DNA of 64,000 nucleotides from an uncultured Gammaproteobacteria bacterium (GTDB lineage Bacteria; Patescibacteriota; Patescibacteriia; Magasanikbacterales; GWA2-37-8): NCBI GenBank assembly GCA_964596525.1, contig CAZQUL010000001.1, positions 204,830 to 268,829 of the forward strand, read 5' to 3'. Shown piece by piece: positions 57,296 to 64,000 of this stretch (position 1 is its first letter; each line of letters starts with the position of its first letter). The notes under the pieces were generated by a model. It saw only the letters and a program-made list of their open reading frames with translations, ran no database searches and was not told where the DNA came from. The position numbers and the translations under genes were made by a program.

Positions 57296-57765
57296 TAGTG
57301 ATACGGCCGATGGGCCGCGATCATGAACGCGCGGTAGAGCTGCTCAAGGAGGATGACCCGCGCCATCTGATGGGTGAATGTGAAGGACGACAAAGAAAGT
57401 TTCGTTCGGATGGACGAAGCAAACGTTTCGTCAAGTCCCAGCGGACCGCCCAACACGAACACAATCTCACGGTACGTGGTACGCCACGAGGTTACAAGCT
57501 CGCTGAACTCCAGCGAGCTGTAATTTTTTCCGTGCTCATCAAGGAGAACGATGTGCGGCGCAGAAAATTTGGCAAGCTCGGCCTGGATTTTTTCGGCTTC
57601 GCGGTGTTTGATGTCTTCGCTGCGGTCTTTGGCGGAAAACGATACTTCACGCAGTTCGTGCGTGACGAACGTGCCGAACCCACTGAGCCGTTTTTCGTAT
57701 TCGTGCGCCGCTTCTTGCCAATACGATTCCTTGAGTTTACCTAAAACGATGAGGTGGATGGCCAT
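57292..57765 (-). CDS. rlmH: 23S rRNA (pseudouridine1915-N3)-methyltransferase RlmH
   Basis: C-terminus GGPLGLDETF...LSLSSFTFTHQMARVILLEQLYRAFMIAAHRPYH aligns with E. coli RlmH (SPOUT). Confidence 0.9.
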   Translation of the reverse strand: MAIHLIVLGKLKESYWQEAAHEYEKRLSGFGTFVTHELREVSFSAKDRSEDIKHREAEKIQAELAKFSAPHIVLLDEHGKNYSSLEFSELVTSWRTTYREIVFVLGGPLGLDETFASSIRTKLSLSSFTFTHQMARVILLEQLYRAFMIAAHRPYHY

Positions 57766-57768
57766 ATT

Positions 57769-58320
57769 TCACCAACGGAATTCGCCGCGTTTTTTCATTT
57801 CCGCGAAACGGATGATGGCGTAGGAAATAAATTCATTTTCGATAGTACCGTCTTTGGCCATGGCTACGGCGTGGGAAAGCGATGTGGGTACGACTTCGAT
57901 CGGAAACTCTTCATCACCTACGCGGGGAGCGACCTGCACATCTTTGGCGGCGAAGACGAAAATATCCCACAAAAGCGTATTGGATGGGGATTTTTTATAT
58001 AAAAGCTTAATGGTTTTGGGTTTTAAACCAGCTTCTTCTTGCAGTTCGCGGATAGCGGCAGTGCGCGGCGTATCACCCGTATCAACTCGCCCGCCCGGCA
58101 AGAACCAGGCCGGTTGTTTGTAGCCCGCGCGCCACTCGCGAATAAGGATAAGCCGTCCGCGTGCATCAAAGGCAAGAACACTCACGCTGTTTGGGCGCTC
58201 GCAATATTCGTACTGCTTAACCGAACCGTCGGGAAACGTCATTTCGCGTTCAAAAATAGAAAAAATTCTGCCTTTGTATTTAAGGATCGGCGGACCGCGT
58301 TTGACGGATGGGCGAGGCAT
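57769..58320 (-). CDS. NUDIX hydrolase
   Basis: Nudix box GGRVDTGDTPRTAAIRELQEEAGL. Confidence 0.85.
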   Translation of the reverse strand: MPRPSVKRGPPILKYKGRIFSIFEREMTFPDGSVKQYEYCERPNSVSVLAFDARGRLILIREWRAGYKQPAWFLPGGRVDTGDTPRTAAIRELQEEAGLKPKTIKLLYKKSPSNTLLWDIFVFAAKDVQVAPRVGDEEFPIEVVPTSLSHAVAMAKDGTIENEFISYAIIRFAEMKKRGEFRW

Positions 58321-58480
58321 ACAAAAAACGTATAATATGAGATGGGCCTAGTGTAACAAAAAATACGCTGGGGAACTAGAAATAAATACCTATAAAGTAC
58401 CGGGACTAGGATTGACATCGGGCAATAAAAGTGCTAATTTAAGAGAAGCCTTGCTAGTTTTTTAGGGGAGGAACAGCACC

Positions 58481-58948
58481 ATGTTTTCGGCAGTAGAAGC
58501 ACAGAAACGTAAGAGGTTTCAGGAGCGAGGAGGTTTGCCCATCATTACCACGCCACGTCCGGTGCTCATCTGCAGTGCCGCGGCGCTCGCCTTGTTCTGC
58601 GCCAGCGGAAGAACATCCGAAATGTATTTCTGGCCGGGTATGACCCGTGAAGAACTGGAGGGCGACTTTGAGAGATGGTGCACCGCAAAGAGCCCTGGCT
58701 CCTGCAGCCTGTGCTGGATGCACCCGCGTTCGCACGAGCAGGCGTTTCATCAGCTGCACGCCATCGAGGGGTCCATGGCGGATCTTCGATATTTAGTCCA
58801 ACGCTCTGATGAGTGCGGGCGGGTGCTCTGGAACACTTCACCCCGCCAATCGCCTGCACATTGTCACCCGCCGCATGGGGAACTCTACGAATTCCTCAAG
58901 CAGCGAAAGGTACGACTCCCAATCGAACTGTTTTCTGTGCCCCTCTAG
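58481..58948 (+). CDS. hypothetical protein (155 aa), Cys/His-rich
   Basis: GGGGAGGA RBS 8 nt upstream of the ATG. Confidence 0.5.
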   Translation: MFSAVEAQKRKRFQERGGLPIITTPRPVLICSAAALALFCASGRTSEMYFWPGMTREELEGDFERWCTAKSPGSCSLCWMHPRSHEQAFHQLHAIEGSMADLRYLVQRSDECGRVLWNTSPRQSPAHCHPPHGELYEFLKQRKVRLPIELFSVPL

Positions 58949-59023
58949 CCAAGTGCACCTTCTGCCCGCTCACCAGTGAGCGGGCTTTGTTTTAAATACC
59001 TAAAAAGACTACAATACTAAGGT

Positions 59024-60847
59024 ATGAAAAAAAATTTGTATCAGATCGCTCTTTTTCCGGCACTCGTACTGCTCGGACTTATAAGTTACGGCGTGGCCGT
59101 GCTGCTGCAGGCACCAGCCATTTTTCAAAACATCATCATTGTAGCCACCATTGTCGTTGGCAGCTTGGAGTTGGTCGTGGAGACGCTGCGAGCGCTATGG
59201 CGCCGCGAGTTTGCACTCGATTACCTGGCGCTCATGTCCATTACGCTCTCGCTCATCATGGGCGAATATCTGACCGGCGCGATTATCGTACTCATGCTTT
59301 CGGGTGGTACGGCGCTCGAGCATGTAGCGCGTCTAAGGGCGGAGCGGTCGCTCAAAGAACTTACAGAGCGTATTCCGACGCATGTTTTGCGCGAAGTGCG
59401 CGGTGAAACAGTGAAAGTTCCGCTTGTTGATATCAAACCCGGAGATGTAATTCGGGTCCGTACTGGCGAAGTTGTGCCGCTCGACGGCGCACTGCTCACT
59501 TCCGAGGCGATCATCGACGAATCATCGCTTACCGGCGAACCATATCCGGTTACCAAACGCTCCGGAGCGCGCGTAATGAGCGGTACGGTGAATGTCGGCC
59601 AAACGCTTTCGTTCAAAGCTTCTACGGCAGTAGGTGACTCCATATACCAACGCATCGTCTTGCTTGTCGCCAAAGCGCAAGAAGCACATTCGCCGTTCGT
59701 GCGGCTCGCCAATCGCTACAGCCTCGTTTTCACCGCAGTCGCGCTTGCGATCGGTCTTACGGCTTGGGGTATAAGCGGTGCACCTGAGCGCCTTTTAGCG
59801 GTCTTGGTCTTGGCCACGCCCTGCCCCCTACTTCTCGCCACACCCATCGCACTACTCTCGGGCGTGAACCGCGCGGCGCGCGAGCGCATCATTGTCAAAG
59901 GTATGGCCACGCTTGAGCAATTAGAGCAGGTTAACTCGCTCGCATTCGACAAAACCGGCACGCTTTCGTGGGGCAAACCGCACGTCACCCACATCGAACT
60001 CCGTAGCGCGCGCTATTCCAAAAACGATGTTTTGGCTATTGCCCGCGCACTCGAACAGAATTCGCTTCATCCTTTGGCCCAGGCTCTGCGGCGCCGCGCA
60101 GAAGAAGAAAAAGTGCAGCTCTGGACCGCCGAAGACTTGACCGAGAAACCGGGTTGGGGCGTAAGCGGACGGATCGGCAAGAAACAGTATTCCCTCACTC
60201 GTGCACGGGGCACAACGAGTATGGCCACTGCGCTCTATGAAAACGAAGATTTGCTTGCCCGCATCATGTTTCGCGACGAACTTAAGCCCGAGGCTAAAGA
60301 TGTGGCTGAACGATTGAATCGCTCAGGATACCGCTTAAGCATCTTTACCGGGGATAGCGCGGCCGTAGCTCGTGAACTGACTGCGGATTTCACCCAACCG
60401 ATCAGCATCCACGGCAACTGCTCGCCCGAGGATAAAGCCCGACTCCTCTTAGCGCTCAAACAAAACGGCGAACGGGTGGCGATGGTTGGCGACGGCATCA
60501 ACGACGCCCCGAGTCTGGCACAGGCCGATGTTGGCATGGTTTTTAGCCACGACGAACACACAGCCGCTTCCGAAGCTGCGGATGTAGTATTCCTGGGCGG
60601 CGAACTCACCATGGTAGAACGTGCGCTGACGATCGCCAAAGAAACTATCGCTACCGCCCGGCGGGCTATCCAGCTCGGTATCTCGCTGAGCCTAGCCGGC
60701 ATGATTATCGCTGCCGCTGGATTTATCCCTCCGGTTTTTGGAGCGCTTATCCAAGAAGGTATCGACGTGGCAGTCATTCTCTATACGCTTTTTCAAAGCG
60801 GTCGCCTCAGCTCCTCGTCACAGAGGTCAAAATCTGGTACATTTTGA
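59024..60847 (+). CDS. heavy-metal-translocating P1B-type ATPase, no N-terminal metal-binding domain
   Basis: DKTGTLS phosphorylation site, TPCP transmembrane metal-binding motif, GDGINDAPSL hinge. Confidence 0.9.
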   Translation: MKKNLYQIALFPALVLLGLISYGVAVLLQAPAIFQNIIIVATIVVGSLELVVETLRALWRREFALDYLALMSITLSLIMGEYLTGAIIVLMLSGGTALEHVARLRAERSLKELTERIPTHVLREVRGETVKVPLVDIKPGDVIRVRTGEVVPLDGALLTSEAIIDESSLTGEPYPVTKRSGARVMSGTVNVGQTLSFKASTAVGDSIYQRIVLLVAKAQEAHSPFVRLANRYSLVFTAVALAIGLTAWGISGAPERLLAVLVLATPCPLLLATPIALLSGVNRAARERIIVKGMATLEQLEQVNSLAFDKTGTLSWGKPHVTHIELRSARYSKNDVLAIARALEQNSLHPLAQALRRRAEEEKVQLWTAEDLTEKPGWGVSGRIGKKQYSLTRARGTTSMATALYENEDLLARIMFRDELKPEAKDVAERLNRSGYRLSIFTGDSAAVARELTADFTQPISIHGNCSPEDKARLLLALKQNGERVAMVGDGINDAPSLAQADVGMVFSHDEHTAASEAADVVFLGGELTMVERALTIAKETIATARRAIQLGISLSLAGMIIAAAGFIPPVFGALIQEGIDVAVILYTLFQSGRLSSSSQRSKSGTF

Positions 60848-60869
60848 ATAACTTACTAACTTCGTTTTT

Positions 60870-61151
60870 ATGAAAGCAGTTTGGCAAGACGTCGTCGTAG
60901 CCGAAAGCGATGATGTAAAAGTTATCGAGGGAGATTATTATTTTCCGCTCGATTCCATTAAGAAAGAATATTTCGTGCCGAGCACGACACGGAGCATGTC
61001 GCCACGCGAAGGAGAAGCACATTACTACGATATCGTGATCAGTGGCGCGGTCAATAAGGACGCCGCGTGGTATTTTCCGGAACCGTCTCCTGAGGCACCT
61101 GAGGTGGCTGGTTATATTGCGTTTTGGAAAGGCGTAAAAGTCATTTCTTAA
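60870..61151 (+). CDS. DUF427-domain protein
   Basis: IEGDYYFP ... EGEAHYYDIV ... AAWYFPEPSPEAPEVAGYIAFW, the characteristic DUF427 pattern. Confidence 0.65.
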   Translation: MKAVWQDVVVAESDDVKVIEGDYYFPLDSIKKEYFVPSTTRSMSPREGEAHYYDIVISGAVNKDAAWYFPEPSPEAPEVAGYIAFWKGVKVIS

Positions 61152-61155
61152 TCTT

Positions 61156-62403
61156 TTGCGTATGCTCAATCGTTACCCGCGTGCCCCGCACGAATCCGAA
61201 GGTATTGGCGGAAACGGGAAGCGCGTCGAGACGAGGCGGCCAGCTACCGTGGCGAACATCGAAAAAAATCAATCGTTTCAATGGAAAAAAGTTCCGACCA
61301 AGGAGCAATTCGGCCGTTTTTTGGAAGATCGTCATTCGCCGCGTGAATACGAGCAATCCGAACGCTTACAAGAATTGGCTCACCACGCCGCAGACGAACA
61401 AAACCAGTGGCTTAAAGATACCTTCGGTGTTGAAAATCTCATCAACGATGAAGGAAGCGTGGATATAAAACAGTTTAACCAGTTTCACGCTGGCGAAGGC
61501 GGTTATACCCCGGAAGAAGAGCGCGCGCAATACAAATTTGTTCTTGAATGGGAGAAAAACGACGCCGGAGTAGAACGCTCCCCTAACGCGCGCATGGACG
61601 AAGAAGCGTATGCTAAATTCAGGGAAAATAGGTTACAGGAATATGGCCTCTTCGAACTTTACAAAAACACGCCGAAAAATGATTCCGCCGCCCACAAACA
61701 AATTAACGACTTATTGTTGCGCGCCTTCCGTGAAGAGCAAAATTTTGAACCGAGCCGACAACTTGAAACCGTAGTCATGGTTTTGTTCAACAAAATGGTC
61801 GGTGATCGTTTTTTGGTGCGCAAGTCATCCAAGTACGATGACATGCGTAATCATATTGACACGGTTTTGACCGACAAAGAAACCGGCGAGATAATCTGCA
61901 CGCTCGACGAAGTGCGCGGCGCGCAAGCTTTTCTTGTTGGTGGTGGAGTCGGTAAAAGCCAACGTGAATCACTCAAGCAGCACCGAACCTTTTCCGACAA
62001 CGTTCGCGGCGGCAAGCAGCTCGCCCACGGCATAACGTTTAAAGAAGACCCGGCGACGAAAGAGAAAAAGTTATACCGCGGCAAAGTGCGCAACTTACCT
62101 ATTCTCTACGCCAGCGTGTACGGCAACGACCTCAAACGAGTAATCGAAGAAATGACCGCACGCGGTGCTTCCAAAACCGAGGCGAGTCATGCCGAAGTGC
62201 GTTTATTTGACGCGCTCATCGCTTCACTCACCGAGCAGGCCGAAAATTTGGCGACGCTGCCGGCAGATGAAGCACCGCAGGCCGATTACTTTATTAAAGT
62301 GCAGAAGCGAGCAATAAAACTCCTTGATTCACTCGCTAAAATGAAAGCGATGCGTGACGAAAAATATTCTCCGGAAGGCCTGGCGCGTCAAAAGGCGGCG
62401 TAG
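61156..62403 (+). CDS. hypothetical protein (about 413 aa; likely start 61162)
   Basis: ORF track only; charged and helical. Confidence 0.5.
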   Translation: MRMLNRYPRAPHESEGIGGNGKRVETRRPATVANIEKNQSFQWKKVPTKEQFGRFLEDRHSPREYEQSERLQELAHHAADEQNQWLKDTFGVENLINDEGSVDIKQFNQFHAGEGGYTPEEERAQYKFVLEWEKNDAGVERSPNARMDEEAYAKFRENRLQEYGLFELYKNTPKNDSAAHKQINDLLLRAFREEQNFEPSRQLETVVMVLFNKMVGDRFLVRKSSKYDDMRNHIDTVLTDKETGEIICTLDEVRGAQAFLVGGGVGKSQRESLKQHRTFSDNVRGGKQLAHGITFKEDPATKEKKLYRGKVRNLPILYASVYGNDLKRVIEEMTARGASKTEASHAEVRLFDALIASLTEQAENLATLPADEAPQADYFIKVQKRAIKLLDSLAKMKAMRDEKYSPEGLARQKAA

Positions 62404-62426
62404 GGCTACGGCGTAATCCTTTTACT

Positions 62427-63620
62427 ATGACGTACGATCCTGAGGATCAGAATGATAAGGAGGGAGTAAAGGGCTGGGAACTCAGCGAATTTCTCCCTGA
62501 CGATGAAGAGATTTTTACGCTCGACGGTGCGGATTCCGAAGCTCCGCAGCGCAGTTCGTTCTTTGAAGATTTACGTCTCTCTCACCAAAAAACCGAGGTC
62601 GAAGAAGCGATGCAGAAACAGAATGAATATCGCCGCGTTTTGGCACGTAATCGGCAAAAGATCCTCACGGCGCAGAAACACGTTGTACGCCAGCGTGTCG
62701 CACTCCATGAAGCATACCTGACTAAGCAGGCCGCACTCTCACAACCACTACCAGCTTTAGGACGCGATGAAATTTTAGTTGTGCGCTCCGGCGCCTTGCT
62801 TGAAGCGCGAACAGCCGATCATCAAAGCACGGCCGTCAATTGGGGGACGATCATGACCGGTTACGAATGGGGCGTCGAATATACTCTTGACCATGAAACG
62901 TTTTCACTCGTTGAGCGCCAAGAATACCTCAAGCGCCTCTACGAGCATCGCGTCCATCTTTTGGATACCGAAGAAGAGCTTTTGGAACTCCTGGCAGACG
63001 CGTGTAAAGATGAGCGACCGGAAATGGCCGAAGCGGTGAAAGAATATCGAAACCGTTTCCGCGCGCGCTACAGCGTAGAAACCGGCGAACCACTTGAACC
63101 CACGGATCGCGGCCGCGTGATCGCCGAAAAAATGCTGCGTAGTTTCCTGCTCAGCATCCGATATGATTTTCCAGAACTTGATCTAAAAATCCGGGTCGCG
63201 CACCCCATCGAAGAAGTAGCTTATCATCTCAATGCGATTGTAACCCGAACTGACACAGCTACAGCGGTCAATATTATTATCGACCGCTTATCCGAAAGCA
63301 TTGCCGCGCTCAACAAATGCATAGTCGTAGAACGCGAACGCCTCCCCGAAACGCTCAAGAATTACGAAGTAACGCAGCTCTCCTGGAAAGAAAAATTGCG
63401 CCGGCTTGATCAGGACGGACAAACCGCGACGCGTGTTTTTATGGATTTTGAACGGTTGGAGGATATGTATACCGCCTGGCAGCACGCGCCGACATTCACC
63501 CGTCTCACGACGAATCCAGTGACGCTCTTGCCTTTGCCGGACCGCACCCTTTTGGCCAGCGAATTGTTTTCAGCTCTGCTTTCGCCAGCAGATGTGCAAC
63601 GTATCGTGAGCGGACTGTAA
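62427..63620 (+). CDS. hypothetical protein (397 aa)
   Basis: ORF track only. Confidence 0.5.
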   Translation: MTYDPEDQNDKEGVKGWELSEFLPDDEEIFTLDGADSEAPQRSSFFEDLRLSHQKTEVEEAMQKQNEYRRVLARNRQKILTAQKHVVRQRVALHEAYLTKQAALSQPLPALGRDEILVVRSGALLEARTADHQSTAVNWGTIMTGYEWGVEYTLDHETFSLVERQEYLKRLYEHRVHLLDTEEELLELLADACKDERPEMAEAVKEYRNRFRARYSVETGEPLEPTDRGRVIAEKMLRSFLLSIRYDFPELDLKIRVAHPIEEVAYHLNAIVTRTDTATAVNIIIDRLSESIAALNKCIVVERERLPETLKNYEVTQLSWKEKLRRLDQDGQTATRVFMDFERLEDMYTAWQHAPTFTRLTTNPVTLLPLPDRTLLASELFSALLSPADVQRIVSGL

Positions 63621-63648
63621 AAAGCAACAAACGGTTGTGGTATACTTA

Positions 63649-64000
63649 ATGAGTATGCGCCATCACACTCATCAATTCACTCGTTACAATTTTTTAGTCG
63701 AACTCATCGCCGGTGCCGGCGGCGCACTCTTGGTTGGCGTGCCGGGCCTGGTTGTGGGCAGCTATCTCGGTTTTGTATACGATACGCTATGGTGGGCCGG
63801 TTGGAGCGGAGAATCCGCCGGGGCACTCCTAGGACTCCTCATCGGCAGCGCGATTGGCGGCTGGAGCACCGTGTACTTCGCAGGGCAGCTCATCCATGAC
63901 GAGCGCTCTGGTGTTGTTTCGTTTACAGCTGCACTTGCGGGTTTAGTGGTCAGTATTTTCCTTTTCGACAGCTCGCTCGCACCGTTGCCCGCCTTGACGC
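63649..64000 (+). CDS. Gly-rich membrane protein, 5' part only (runs off the window end)
   Basis: ATG 63649; MSMRHHTHQFTRYNFLVELIAGAGGALLVGVPGLVVGSYLGFVYDTLWWAGWSGE... with no stop before position 64000. Confidence 0.4.
   Translation, partial: MSMRHHTHQFTRYNFLVELIAGAGGALLVGVPGLVVGSYLGFVYDTLWWAGWSGESAGALLGLLIGSAIGGWSTVYFAGQLIHDERSGVVSFTAALAGLVVSIFLFDSSLAPLPALT

Noticed and set aside
1-64000. CRISPR arrays, rRNA genes, additional tRNAs
   Set aside because: No regularly spaced direct-repeat array and no rRNA-like conserved segments were seen. Only the single tRNA-Ala T-loop signature (GGTTCGAATCC) was found. The 13-bp tandem duplication TTTCAGCATCTAA x2 at 30320-30345 is a simple duplication, not an array.
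1-64000. Alternative genetic code (UGA recoding as in some candidate-phylum bacteria)
   Set aside because: Conserved genes such as ruvB, recA, trpS, uppS and rlmH give full-length products with standard stops. There are no in-frame UGA interruptions requiring recoding.

Overview
This is a 64-kb bacterial chromosomal segment read in the standard genetic code: UGA acts as a normal stop in ruvB, recA, trpS and others, and promoters are close to the sigma70 consensus. Most of the window is housekeeping backbone at about 55-58% GC. The backbone includes ruvB, the rpmH-rnpA-yidD cluster, a short Rel (p)ppGpp synthetase/hydrolase, uppS, a NupC-type nucleoside transporter, NAMPT, a YjjX-type ITPase, a nucleoside-hydrolase-like protein, a NUDIX hydrolase, an ABC-2 exporter, recA, trpS, rlmH, a P1B-type metal ATPase, a DsbA-like protein, and many lipoproteins, membrane proteins and surface proteins. 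The surface proteins include two large tandem repeat proteins with FN3 and peptidoglycan-binding domains.

The standout region is a roughly 13-kb tRNA-Ala-associated integrative island at about 30.3-43.25 kb. Its cargo block (30.3-39.85 kb) is AT-rich, about 35% GC. It carries a 1014-aa effector-like protein, a 361-aa orphan protein, a translationally coupled ABC-ATPase (AAA_15/21) plus Toprim-like pair, a Dam-like MTase with a small PD-(D/E)xK nuclease, and a Cys-rich 316-aa protein. A host-like-GC integration module sits next to tRNA-Ala(UGC): an HTH/Zn-ribbon regulator, a tyrosine integrase and a large serine recombinase.

Inside the island there are three copies of a composite element, each a 13-bp-stem hairpin followed by a conserved 35-nt sequence. 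There is also a leader with competing antiterminator and terminator pairings upstream of the Cys-rich gene, and a 14-bp perfect inverted repeat between the two recombinase genes.

Outside the island, three things stand out. The first is an unannotated rpmH (L34) gene. The second is a candidate roughly 75-nt sRNA with a consensus promoter and an intrinsic terminator. The third is a duplicated promoter-plus-leader module of about 140 nt in front of two unrelated genes, next to a 65%-GC Hcp-like or tube-like gene flanked by two paralogous genes of unknown family.

No CRISPR array or rRNA was seen, and only one tRNA was found.
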